From Patescibacteria group bacterium (lineage in GTDB: Bacteria > Patescibacteriota > JABMPQ01), in contig JBGTBM010000010.1 in the NCBI GenBank assembly GCA_041749335.1, positions 68,533 through 132,532 of the forward strand: DNA of 64,000 bases, read 5' to 3'. A program made the position numbers and the translations under genes. Below the pieces are notes generated by a model. That model had not been told where the DNA came from. It did not search any database and saw nothing but the letters and a program-made list of their open reading frames with translations. Shown one piece after another: positions 45,868 through 55,472 of this stretch. Each line of letters opens with the position of its first letter. The first letter of the stretch is position 1.

Positions 45868-45883
45868 ATAAATTTAAAATTAT

Positions 45884-46273
45884 TTAAGTTTTCTGTGCTG
45901 GCGCTTTTTTACCACTTCCGGCAGTTTTTCTAACATTGCCCCTAACGGTTCTGGAATTAGTTTTAGTTCTTTGTCCGCGAACCGGAAGATTTTTTGAATG
46001 CCTTGAACCCCGATAGCAACTAATTTCCTTAAGCCTTTTAATATTCATCATTATTTCTCTTCTTTTTTCTCCCTCAACTTTATGTTCTTTTTCGATTAAG
46101 GACCTTAATTCCGCCACATCGGTTTCAGACAAATCTTTTACTTTTTTATTTCGATCAATTTTAGCTTTTTCTAAAATTTTTAAACTTAAAGAATTCCCTA
46201 TTCCGTATATATAAGTCAAAGCAATTTCTATTCTTTTTTCATTTGGGAGCATTGTCCCGGCAATGCGAGCCAT
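45884..46273 (-). CDS. rpsM: 30S ribosomal protein S13.
   Basis: MARIAG...IYGIG. Confidence 0.9.
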   Translation of the reverse strand: MARIAGTMLPNEKRIEIALTYIYGIGNSLSLKILEKAKIDRNKKVKDLSETDVAELRSLIEKEHKVEGEKRREIMMNIKRLKEISCYRGSRHSKNLPVRGQRTKTNSRTVRGNVRKTAGSGKKAPAQKT

Positions 46274-46302
46274 TTTTTTATTACTATAATTTTATAATAT
46301 AT

Positions 46303-46416
46303 TTAGCGCTGCCTTTGTTTATGCTTTGGATTTTCGCATACTACATAAATTCGTCTTTTACGACGAATCACCTTACACTTCTTACAAATTTTTTTTACAG
46401 ATGTTCTAACCTTCAT
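46303..46416 (-). CDS. rpmJ: 50S ribosomal protein L36 (37 aa). It is absent from the supplied ORF track because it is under 60 aa.
   Basis: Reverse translation [37 protein letters not shown] shows the canonical CxxC...C...H zinc ribbon. Confidence 0.85.
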   Translation of the reverse strand: MKVRTSVKKICKKCKVIRRKRRIYVVCENPKHKQRQR

Positions 46417-46421
46417 ATTCT

Positions 46422-46700
46422 TTAGTTTCTTTTTGTAATTCTTCCTTTAGTTAAATCGTATGGCGTCATTTCAACTTCTACTCGATCACCGGGCAGAACT
46501 TTAATTAAATTCATTCTCATTTTTCCTGATACATGCGCAGTTATTTCATGATCATTATCCAGCTTTATCGTAAATTTCGCGTTAGGCAATGTTTCTAATA
46601 CAACCCCTTCAACTTTAATTTTATTTTTATCTTTTTTAGATTCAGTTGTATGCTGCTCGTTTTGTTCAAATTTATTCAAGTCTTTTTGTAATTTTTTCAT
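46422..46700 (-). CDS. infA: Translation initiation factor IF-1 with a short N-terminal extension.
   Basis: S1-like OB fold ...[59 protein letters not shown]. Confidence 0.85.
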   Translation of the reverse strand: MKKLQKDLNKFEQNEQHTTESKKDKNKIKVEGVVLETLPNAKFTIKLDNDHEITAHVSGKMRMNLIKVLPGDRVEVEMTPYDLTKGRITKRN

Positions 46701-46765
46701 AAAAAAACTATAAGGAAATTAATATTTCCAAGTTTTAGCTATTTAAAGCAATTTTATAGATAATA

Positions 46766-48505
46766 TTAATTATCTGTAATGTTACCACCATTATTATCTG
46801 TGTCAAGCGAAATTTTAATCTTTTTTAGGTTTTTGGGAATTTTATTTACCCAAAATGGCCACAGCTCGATCTTTGCGTCTAAAATATTATTGTCTTGTAT
46901 TAAATAAGCCTTAGCTTCTTCTGTATTTTTTCCGCTTATATTATCCCTTATTTTACTTTCATCTAATTCCCAAGCAACCTGCTTAGTAATATTAATTTTA
47001 GCCGTAGTGGAGTCTTCATCACTTACGATCCCATCGATCGGCTCAAATTCGATTCCATCAGCAATATCATCATTAATAATAAACTTATTTTCCGGTACCA
47101 ATTCAACAAACTTATTATTTATAATTACAGATATATCATCTTTTTTAATTAGATATCCAAATACTTTAACTTGCATATCCAATTCAAAAACGTCAGATTC
47201 TTCCCCAACTCCGGGATTAGAATTAATTTCAGTAATTTCTTTTTTAATTATTCCGACTGCCAGCATTTTCCCAATATTAATTTTATTTATTAAGGATTCT
47301 ACCATATTATCAAATGTACTCTCAAGCAATTGATTTTTTGCATTTTCGTAGTCCCCTTCTGAAATTACTTTTACGGTTTTTGAATATCCACCGGTAAAAT
47401 CAGAAACACTTTCTCCATAAATGCTTTGCTGCCTATCAGATGATAAATTAGGGATGCTAAACCTAGAAGGAGCTATATTATATTTTTCTCCTTCTAACTC
47501 TGCCTCTATCCTTACTTTGGTTTTTCCCGCGACCGCTACTCCTCCTTCAATCGATGCTCCCGGAATGGTAATTTCTTGTGTCGAATAAAATAATTTATCT
47601 GAAGTTGAAAATCGCGTAGCCGCAACAAGTGTAATGGGATCAGAAGAATAATTATTATAAACAATAATTTCTCCGCGAGCTTTTTCGCCTACTTCTTTTT
47701 CCCCGGTGGCATTAAATTCTTTCTTTTCACTTTTTTCTTCATGCGAGATTGTTTCTCCAGGCAAAATTAAATTTTCAATATCGAGCGTATCTACCTTATT
47801 GCTTATTACAACATCAAAGGAAGTAGTAAATGGCTCAGTTTTCGGATCAACTAAAATATTTGCTGTTGGCAATATCAATGCAAATATCAACATAATTACC
47901 AAAATGCTAATTCCAAAAAATATTAAAAAAGATCGTAAATTAACACTGGAAAGTAAATGAACTTTATCCTTTGATCTAAGTTTAAAAAATTTATTAACCT
48001 CTCTTTTAGACGCAATACCGCTATCAGTTGGAGAATTTTTTGCTGAAAAAACATCAATGTTTTTAATTTTTTTTGTTATTCCAGAAAAAAAGTTTCTGTC
48101 GATATTTTTTGAAATATTCTTTTCGGTATTGTCTTTTTTATTGTTAATAACTTCATTTTTTCTAAAATCATTATTATCATCAATCTTCATTTGCATGGTT
48201 TCTGGAATAGAATTTTCTTTATTGTCAATCTTATGTTCAAGTCCGTCGGTATTATTTATTTTTGTTTTAATATTTAAACCAACCTTCTTTGCCAAATTTA
48301 TTCCTTGTTCATCATTAATCACTAAGATTATTTTTTTTCGCAATAAATCACTTTGCCGCTTTAACAACTTTAAATTTACAATGCTCTGAATTAATGTTGC
48401 ACCTTGCGGAACAACTATCTCGGCATTATCTGTTTTTGTTTTTTTAATTTTATCGATCACAGATGTTATTTCATCATCTGTTTCCAAATAGACCTTTTCT
48501 TTCAT
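46766..48505 (-). CDS. Large bitopic membrane protein (hypothetical) in an operon with the FtsA-like gene.
   Basis: 579 aa with a central TM helix FLIFFGISILVIMLIFALILP. It sits where secY/adk/map normally precede infA. Confidence 0.55.
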   Translation of the reverse strand: MKEKVYLETDDEITSVIDKIKKTKTDNAEIVVPQGATLIQSIVNLKLLKRQSDLLRKKIILVINDEQGINLAKKVGLNIKTKINNTDGLEHKIDNKENSIPETMQMKIDDNNDFRKNEVINNKKDNTEKNISKNIDRNFFSGITKKIKNIDVFSAKNSPTDSGIASKREVNKFFKLRSKDKVHLLSSVNLRSFLIFFGISILVIMLIFALILPTANILVDPKTEPFTTSFDVVISNKVDTLDIENLILPGETISHEEKSEKKEFNATGEKEVGEKARGEIIVYNNYSSDPITLVAATRFSTSDKLFYSTQEITIPGASIEGGVAVAGKTKVRIEAELEGEKYNIAPSRFSIPNLSSDRQQSIYGESVSDFTGGYSKTVKVISEGDYENAKNQLLESTFDNMVESLINKINIGKMLAVGIIKKEITEINSNPGVGEESDVFELDMQVKVFGYLIKKDDISVIINNKFVELVPENKFIINDDIADGIEFEPIDGIVSDEDSTTAKINITKQVAWELDESKIRDNISGKNTEEAKAYLIQDNNILDAKIELWPFWVNKIPKNLKKIKISLDTDNNGGNITDN

Positions 48506-48514
48506 TTTTAATAA

Positions 48515-49777
48515 TTATGTTTGCATCATTTTTACCACTCTCCTTAAAACACCATGAATGACATCTTCCTCTCCCGCCAAATCAATTGCTAGATTTGCCA
48601 ATGCCATAGGAGCAATGTCTTGTTGATCAATTAATTTTTTTGTTTGATCAATAATATTTACAACGTCACCCGGTTTAATAAAATCTACCTTGGGTGGTTT
48701 TGAAAACGGTAAATTTTTTATCCATTTATCCGATTCCAGCAATGACTTTATGCCCGGCAGAACACTGCCTCCTCCGCATAGCATAATTTTAGAAGGTAAT
48801 AAATCAACATTGGTAAATTCGCTTAAGGCTAATTCAACTCCTGAAAGCCAAACTCTACAATCAGAATCCAATATGTCCTTAATTCGATGCATTTTATCCG
48901 CTTGTAAATTATTATTGGAATAATTTATTTTAAGCTTTTCGGCTTCATTAAAATTTGTTCCTAATTCATTTGATATTCTTTTAGTAAATGCTCTGCCGCC
49001 CAATGCAAACATCTTGGTGCCTTCAAGACCGCCATTTCTAACTACCGCTATATCAGTGGTCCCCCCGCCTACATCAATAAATATCGCGCTAAATTCCACT
49101 GAATCTTCAATTCCAGTACAGCGTGCAACCGCATAGGGCTCGGCTGCAATAGATAAAAGATCCATATCTAATTCGGTAGCAATTGTTTGTAGCGCTCCAA
49201 GATGTACTAGCGGAGCAAAGGCGTTAAAAATTGAAACCGCAACATCTTTCCCTTGAAATCCTAAGGGGTTGGTGATTTTATATCCATCAATTTTTACATC
49301 AACAACCGCAGCGTTAATTAATTTTACGTCTATCTCATTATGGCCGGTTTCCCACGAAAGCTGTTTACGAACTTTATCAAAAGCTTTCCATTGAACCTTG
49401 TGGATAATATTCTTTAATTCAGATAAATCAATTTTTGATTTAGGCTTAGCTCGCTCGTATTTAACGGTAGTGGTTGTACCCTTTACTAATTCTCCGGCAA
49501 TTCCCAAAATAACCTGATCGGGCAGCACCTGTGCCTCTTCTTTAGCCGTGATAATCGCTTTTTCACAGGTATTAACCACCCCTTCGATATTAGTAACTCC
49601 CCCCGATTGCATGTCGCCTAACTTTTGCCTTTCCCTGCCGACTCCAATAACTTTGCCTTTGCCATTTTCCAAATCAATTTCAAAAATTAAAGCTTTAACC
49701 ACTTCTGTCCCAATATCTAGAGCTAGAGCATAATTACCCAATTTTTCTCTGCTTAATAATTTTTCAAAAAATCCCAT
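48515..49777 (-). CDS. ftsA: Actin-like ATPase, FtsA-like cell-division protein.
   Basis: LDIGTEVVKALIFE (phosphate-1), DVGGGTTDIAV (phosphate-2), and GGGS (adenosine motif) over 420 aa. Confidence 0.6.
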   Translation of the reverse strand: MGFFEKLLSREKLGNYALALDIGTEVVKALIFEIDLENGKGKVIGVGRERQKLGDMQSGGVTNIEGVVNTCEKAIITAKEEAQVLPDQVILGIAGELVKGTTTTVKYERAKPKSKIDLSELKNIIHKVQWKAFDKVRKQLSWETGHNEIDVKLINAAVVDVKIDGYKITNPLGFQGKDVAVSIFNAFAPLVHLGALQTIATELDMDLLSIAAEPYAVARCTGIEDSVEFSAIFIDVGGGTTDIAVVRNGGLEGTKMFALGGRAFTKRISNELGTNFNEAEKLKINYSNNNLQADKMHRIKDILDSDCRVWLSGVELALSEFTNVDLLPSKIMLCGGGSVLPGIKSLLESDKWIKNLPFSKPPKVDFIKPGDVVNIIDQTKKLIDQQDIAPMALANLAIDLAGEEDVIHGVLRRVVKMMQT

Positions 49778-49874
49778 AATAATATTTTATATAAAAAAAT
49801 AACCTTAATATATAAATTATATCAAATTAAATCATTGTTGTAATGTATAAAAACTACTCAATTTTTTTTGTGTT

Positions 49875-51671
49875 TTATTCTAATACAGCTTTTATGCGCC
49901 TAACATTAGAGCCTAGTGATTCTTCTTTAATGATCCTGAATTTTCCCAGCTCGCCAGTAAATTCAATATGAGGCCCTCCACAAACCTCTTTGCTAAAATT
50001 TTCTATCATATACACATTTACTTCATCTGGATAGCTTTCTCCTTCGATATATAATGCTCCCTCATTTTGAGCTTCGGATAATTTCATTTTTTTCATCTCA
50101 ACCTGATAATTATTGATAATTACTTGATTAACCAAGTCCTCAACTTTTTTTAATTCATCTGAAGTTAGTTTTTGAGGATGAGAAAAATCAAATCTTAATC
50201 TTTCAGGGGTAATATTACTTCCTTTTTGACGCACATGGCCCCCCAACACCTTCCGCAACGCTTCTTGTAAAATATGAGTGGCCGTATGATATTTAATGGT
50301 TGCTTCAGAACATTCCGCCAACCCTCCTTTAAATTTTTTAGTTGCTCCAGCGCGAGATTTTTCCTGATGTCTGGCATAAGCTTGGCAAAATCCCTCTCGA
50401 TCGATTTTGAAATTATTTTCTTTAGCTAATTCTTCAGTAATTTCAATAGGAAAACCAAAAGTATCATATAATTTAAATACTTCGTCTCCAGTAACCAGTG
50501 ACTCTTTTTTATCTTCAATTATTTTATGAAACTGCTTTAATCCTCTATCCAAAGTCTGCTCAAATTTATCTTCTTCTTTTTGAATTTCTTCAATTATCTT
50601 ATTTTTATTTTTTGATAAATTGGGATAATGAGTTTTAAGATCCTCAATTACTACTTGAGCTACCAACGTGCTTAAATTTTTCTGCCGATTAATATTCAAA
50701 CTTTTGCTATGTCTTATGGCTCTTCTAATTAATCTTCTTAAAATATATCCTTGATCAATATTAGAAGGAATTATCCCATCCGCCAAAATCATTACAGCCG
50801 CCCTCAAATGATCAACTATGATCCTCATGGGTTTTATATCGGTTTTATCTACACAGACATTACAAACTACATCAAATATTTTTGATAAAGTATCAATTTC
50901 ATAAACATTATTTTTGCCTTGCAATACCGCAGATATGCGCTCCAGACCCATTCCCGTATCTATATTTTTTTGTTTAAGTTTAACGTATTCAAATTTTTCT
51001 TCTTTATTGTTATTAATTTTAATCTTTTTTTCATATTCCATAAAAACTAAATTCCAAACCTCAACAAATCTCCCACAATTACAATTAGGATGACATTTAT
51101 CTCCAAATTCTTTCCGATGAATATTGTCAGTTTCAATAAATATTTCTGAATCCGGACCACAAGGCCCCACCTCGCCCGCCGGACCCCACCAATTCTCACT
51201 TCGGCCATAAAAAAATATTCTATCTGCGGGAAGGCCAAGATCCTTCCAAGCTCGATAAGATTCGGTATCTTTTTTTATATCTTTATCGCCTTCATAAACA
51301 GATACCCATATTTTATCTTTGGCGATCCCAAGCCATTTTTCATTCGTTAAAAATTCCCAGGCATATTCAATAGCCTCCTTACGACCATAATCATTTAAGG
51401 ACCAGTTTCCCAGCATTTCAAAAAATGTCATATGCCAATTATCCCCAACTTCATCAATATCCGGCGTCCTTAAACATTTTTGAAAATTCACTAATCTGCT
51501 GCCCTTGGGATGTTTTTGTCCTAATAAATAAGGTACCAAAGGGTGCATTCCGGCAGTAGTAAATAAAACAGAGGGATCGTGTTCGGGAATTAATGAAGCG
51601 GATGGTATAATTTTATGCGCTTTGGTAACAAAATAATTTAAGTATTTTTCTCGTATTTGATTTATATCCAT
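49875..51671 (-). CDS. alaS: Alanyl-tRNA synthetase, a short form with catalytic, tRNA-recognition and editing domains but no C-Ala domain.
   Basis: FTTAGM, QKCLR, the editing HxxxH motif (TATHIL), and CGGPH, over 598 aa against about 870 for the canonical enzyme. Confidence 0.85.
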   Translation of the reverse strand: MDINQIREKYLNYFVTKAHKIIPSASLIPEHDPSVLFTTAGMHPLVPYLLGQKHPKGSRLVNFQKCLRTPDIDEVGDNWHMTFFEMLGNWSLNDYGRKEAIEYAWEFLTNEKWLGIAKDKIWVSVYEGDKDIKKDTESYRAWKDLGLPADRIFFYGRSENWWGPAGEVGPCGPDSEIFIETDNIHRKEFGDKCHPNCNCGRFVEVWNLVFMEYEKKIKINNNKEEKFEYVKLKQKNIDTGMGLERISAVLQGKNNVYEIDTLSKIFDVVCNVCVDKTDIKPMRIIVDHLRAAVMILADGIIPSNIDQGYILRRLIRRAIRHSKSLNINRQKNLSTLVAQVVIEDLKTHYPNLSKNKNKIIEEIQKEEDKFEQTLDRGLKQFHKIIEDKKESLVTGDEVFKLYDTFGFPIEITEELAKENNFKIDREGFCQAYARHQEKSRAGATKKFKGGLAECSEATIKYHTATHILQEALRKVLGGHVRQKGSNITPERLRFDFSHPQKLTSDELKKVEDLVNQVIINNYQVEMKKMKLSEAQNEGALYIEGESYPDEVNVYMIENFSKEVCGGPHIEFTGELGKFRIIKEESLGSNVRRIKAVLE

Positions 51672-51673
51672 TG

Positions 51674-51895
51674 TTATTCTGACTCTAATCTTGATTTAGT
51701 AATATCTCTATTAAGTGATTTTTCTTGATTCAATAATTCATCCAATTCACCCTCTTCAAGCTCCTTTTTCTTTTCTAGTTCCTTGATTTGCTTATCAATT
51801 TCCCTTATGCTTTTTTCCTTTTTTCCTATTTCATCTTCCAAATCTTCCAGTTCGCCCTCTAATACCCTTGTCGGGTCATTAAAATATGCTATCAT
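51674..51895 (-). CDS. Small acidic coiled-coil protein (hypothetical).
   Basis: 73 aa of E/K-rich heptad-like sequence. Confidence 0.4.
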   Translation of the reverse strand: MIAYFNDPTRVLEGELEDLEDEIGKKEKSIREIDKQIKELEKKKELEEGELDELLNQEKSLNRDITKSRLESE

Positions 51896-52839
51896 TTTCT
51901 TTTTTTCCTAATTAATAAATATGTTATCAGCCAATATATTACAAAATATGTTATAAATAAAAACCAGCCAATATTGGTATGGAAATATGTCACCGCCACT
52001 CTGGGATCATAATAAATTCCAACTAAATATAATAAGTAAATCCGAATGATATTGATAATAAACATACCGATCAGTCCGATTATGCCCGCCATAACCGCCT
52101 TAAACCAACTGATTTCTTTTCGATCAATAACCACGATTAGAATAAACAAAAATAAAAATAAACTCAAACCTTCAATTCCCGAACACGGGCTTTGAATCAG
52201 GGCTGTAAAATTACTAGCGCCTAAAAGCGGCCCTCCTGTCTGATAGCGCACCACGACATCTTCAAAGCTGAATCTTAATAAAAAAGCTACCACATCGGTC
52301 GTTGCCCGTGCGAATATTTCCCAATATTGTTTAAAAAACATCGAGATTTGATAAAAAACAATCGCCAAGATAAAAGACATGGCAACCGAGTTTTTATAAT
52401 CTTTAATAAATTGGAATCTGAATAATGCCAAAAATAAGAAAATAACTGCTAGCAGGGGCAATAAATATCTAAGTCCAATCACAAAATATTTATAATCAAA
52501 GATTAAATTAGGATTTTCAATAATTATTTTTTTCAAAAAATAAAATAAAATAAATGCCAATAAATGAAGTGGAAAAAAGATTGCAAAACCTTTAATATTA
52601 ATTTTAAATTTTTTAATATTTAAAATTCTTCTTCTTTCAAAGGCGATAAAAATAATAATAATTAAAAATAGTATAATAACCGACGTCCTACCCAATACAT
52701 TTAATTGAGCTAGCATCTTTGATTCAGGATATAAATGTTTTTGGGCATATAAAATTCCAACAAAAAGCATGAAGCTATAAAACATTCTCCTTAACGCTGG
52801 GTTTTTTATTTTTTTTACGATTGATTTGATTATGTTCAT
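51892..52839 (-). CDS. Exosortase/archaeosortase-family polytopic membrane protein (putative).
   Basis: About 8 TM helices, with a conserved Cys in LIQSPCSGIEGLS (exosortase CSG motif) followed about 45 aa later by NIIRIY (Asn and Arg). Confidence 0.45.
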   Translation of the reverse strand: MNIIKSIVKKIKNPALRRMFYSFMLFVGILYAQKHLYPESKMLAQLNVLGRTSVIILFLIIIIFIAFERRRILNIKKFKINIKGFAIFFPLHLLAFILFYFLKKIIIENPNLIFDYKYFVIGLRYLLPLLAVIFLFLALFRFQFIKDYKNSVAMSFILAIVFYQISMFFKQYWEIFARATTDVVAFLLRFSFEDVVVRYQTGGPLLGASNFTALIQSPCSGIEGLSLFLFLFILIVVIDRKEISWFKAVMAGIIGLIGMFIINIIRIYLLYLVGIYYDPRVAVTYFHTNIGWFLFITYFVIYWLITYLLIRKKRK

Positions 52840-52840
52840 A

Positions 52841-53956
52841 TTATTTTTTATATCTTTTTCTAATAATCCCTCCGCCTATCAATTTGTTTTTTTGATAAAA
52901 TACAACGGATTGCCCGGGCATAACGGCCCTTTGAGGATTTTTAAATTTGAGATGAAATTTGTTATTATCTATTCTTGATATTATAGCTTTCGCAGGTTCG
53001 TGTCTATATCGAATAGCAGCATATAATCCACAGGGAAATTTAATATCCCCAAAAAGCCAATTGGCATCGGTAAATTCCAATTCCTCCGCAAACATGGCGC
53101 TATCGTTTTCATTATCTGTAACAATTAATTCATTGTTTTTATAATCCAAATCAACAACATAATATGGTTTTGCCGAAGCAATTTGAATTCCTCTTCGTTG
53201 TCCAATGGTATAAAATTGCAAACCCTCATGTGTTCCGATAATTTCACCCTCGATATTTACAATATTGCCCTTTTTATATTTTTTTAAATAACGCTTTAAA
53301 AAATCATTTATATTTTTTTCTAAAATAAAACATATCCCTTGGCTATCTTTGCTTTGAGCCGACGGCAAATTAAATTTATTTGCCATTTTTCTAACATCAC
53401 TTTTTAAATAATTTCCAAGTGGAAATATTAGATATTTTAATTGCTCTTTCTGTATATTATATAAAAAATATGATTGGTCTTTTTTATTATCTCGCGCTTT
53501 ATAAAGATTGTATTCACCGGCATTTTTTTTATTTTTAATATAATGCCCGGTCGCTAAATACTTATAGCCAAGTATATTTATTTTTTTAAATAAAAAATCA
53601 AATTTTATTTTTTTATTGCATGCAATACAGGGATTTGGTGTAAATCCGATTTCATATTCATTAATGAAATAATCTACTACATATTTTTTAAATTCTTCTT
53701 CAAAATGAAACACATAGAACGGGATACCTAATATGCGGGCAACCTGCCGCGCTTTCTCTTGCGCGTTTAATGAACAACATTTGTTTCCTATTTCATGATA
53801 TTGGGCCTCAATATCAGATTGCTCATGCCAAAAATGCATAAAAATGCCGATAACATCATAACCTTTATTTTTTAAAAGTGCGGCCGCCACCGATGAATCT
53901 ACTCCGCCGGATAACGCTACCGCAACTTTTATTTTTCTGCCTTGAGATGCAAACAT
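52841..53956 (-). CDS. mnmA: tRNA-specific 2-thiouridylase MnmA.
   Basis: PP-loop SGGVDSS with catalytic Cys residues in a 371-aa protein. Confidence 0.85.
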   Translation of the reverse strand: MFASQGRKIKVAVALSGGVDSSVAAALLKNKGYDVIGIFMHFWHEQSDIEAQYHEIGNKCCSLNAQEKARQVARILGIPFYVFHFEEEFKKYVVDYFINEYEIGFTPNPCIACNKKIKFDFLFKKINILGYKYLATGHYIKNKKNAGEYNLYKARDNKKDQSYFLYNIQKEQLKYLIFPLGNYLKSDVRKMANKFNLPSAQSKDSQGICFILEKNINDFLKRYLKKYKKGNIVNIEGEIIGTHEGLQFYTIGQRRGIQIASAKPYYVVDLDYKNNELIVTDNENDSAMFAEELEFTDANWLFGDIKFPCGLYAAIRYRHEPAKAIISRIDNNKFHLKFKNPQRAVMPGQSVVFYQKNKLIGGGIIRKRYKK

Positions 53957-55468
53957 CTATTTTTTCAATTTTATCACTTGTCCGGGATCAATATTATTGT
54001 TCTCTGTTTTTTTAGTATTTTTATTTATAGTTTTTTTATCGCTTAACAACTCGGCGAAAGCCTTTTTGAACGGTTGGTGATTTTCTTCTTTTTTAGGCTT
54101 GGCGGGCGCATTTAATTTATCTATTTTTGATTTATTTGTTTTCCCGCTATAAGAATTATATGAAGATTCTTTATTTTTTGGCTTTTCTTCCATTATACCG
54201 CTCCATTTGGCTATTTTTTCTTCTACAATTGATCTTTCGGTAGAATATCTTTCACGCGAAACGCTTATTATTTTTTCTTTATGTCCCTCTTCAGCCCAAG
54301 TCGGAGCCAAGGTTATGGCAGAAAAAGGTTGACTAGCAACGCCATCAATCATCAATTTTAAATATATATGAAACTTAGTTAAATTAACTAAATCATTTTC
54401 TTCAAAAATCGGCTCATATTCTTTGGCAATAAATTCAGAATCCGCAGCACCTATTCTAAAATTTATTATAGTTCCAACATTTCCAAATACAGCAAATTTA
54501 ACTTTTTCTGATAACTGATCAATATATTGATGCGCCATTATTAAATCTAAACGATACTTTCTAGCTTCAGATAAAATATCGGCAAAGCTATCGGTAGCAA
54601 AATTTTGAAACTCATCAACGTATAAATAAAAATCTGATCGCTTTTCTTCACTAATATCAACTCGGCTCATTGCCGCTAATTGTAACTTAGTAATCATCAT
54701 CGCGCCAAAAAGTGCCGCCGCATCCTCACCAACTTTTCCCTTGGCAAGATTTAGCAGCAATATTTTTTTATTATCCATAATTTCTCGCATATTTAGAGTA
54801 GATTTTGTCTGACCAACAATATTTCTAATTAGCGAAATAGATAGAAACTGGCCAACCTTATTTTGGATCGGAGCAATTGCTTCGGCCATAAATCTATCGG
54901 GATATTTTGAAAATTCTTCAACCCAAAATTGTTTTACTACCGGATCAACAATGCTAACAATCACTTTTTTTCTATATTCTTTATCAACAAGCATTCTCAT
55001 GGTACCCAATAACGTACTGCCCGGATAATCAAGCAGCGCTAAAATTGTATTTCTTAAAACATATTCTAACCTTGGTCCCCAGGAATCAGCCCAAATCTTT
55101 TTAAATACTCCAACTAATCCCGAAGCTACTAAATGTTTATATTGGGGATCGACATTTTCCATCACATTAAATGCAATCGGATAATCCACATCTCCAGGAT
55201 CAAAATATATAACATCGTTAATTCTTTCAGAAGGAACATAATTTAGCATTTTTTCCGCAAATTCTCCATGTGGATCGACCACGCACAAACCATTGCCATT
55301 TTTAATATCAGAAATAACCATATTTTCAAGCAAGGTAGTTTTACCCATACCCGTTTTCCCAATAATATAAACATGCCTTCTTCTATCATCAGTTTTAATT
55401 CCAAAAACCGTCTCCTTGCCGCGAAAGTCGGTTTTACCTAATAAGCTAATTTGTTCTTCAGATTTCAT
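53957..55468 (-). CDS. TraD/TraG/VirD4-family coupling-protein-like P-loop ATPase.
   Basis: Walker A IIGKTGMGKTT, Walker B LYVDEFQNF, a TrwB-like core, and a Lys-rich C-terminal tail. Confidence 0.65.
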   Translation of the reverse strand: MKSEEQISLLGKTDFRGKETVFGIKTDDRRRHVYIIGKTGMGKTTLLENMVISDIKNGNGLCVVDPHGEFAEKMLNYVPSERINDVIYFDPGDVDYPIAFNVMENVDPQYKHLVASGLVGVFKKIWADSWGPRLEYVLRNTILALLDYPGSTLLGTMRMLVDKEYRKKVIVSIVDPVVKQFWVEEFSKYPDRFMAEAIAPIQNKVGQFLSISLIRNIVGQTKSTLNMREIMDNKKILLLNLAKGKVGEDAAALFGAMMITKLQLAAMSRVDISEEKRSDFYLYVDEFQNFATDSFADILSEARKYRLDLIMAHQYIDQLSEKVKFAVFGNVGTIINFRIGAADSEFIAKEYEPIFEENDLVNLTKFHIYLKLMIDGVASQPFSAITLAPTWAEEGHKEKIISVSRERYSTERSIVEEKIAKWSGIMEEKPKNKESSYNSYSGKTNKSKIDKLNAPAKPKKEENHQPFKKAFAELLSDKKTINKNTKKTENNNIDPGQVIKLKK

Positions 55469-55472
55469 AATT

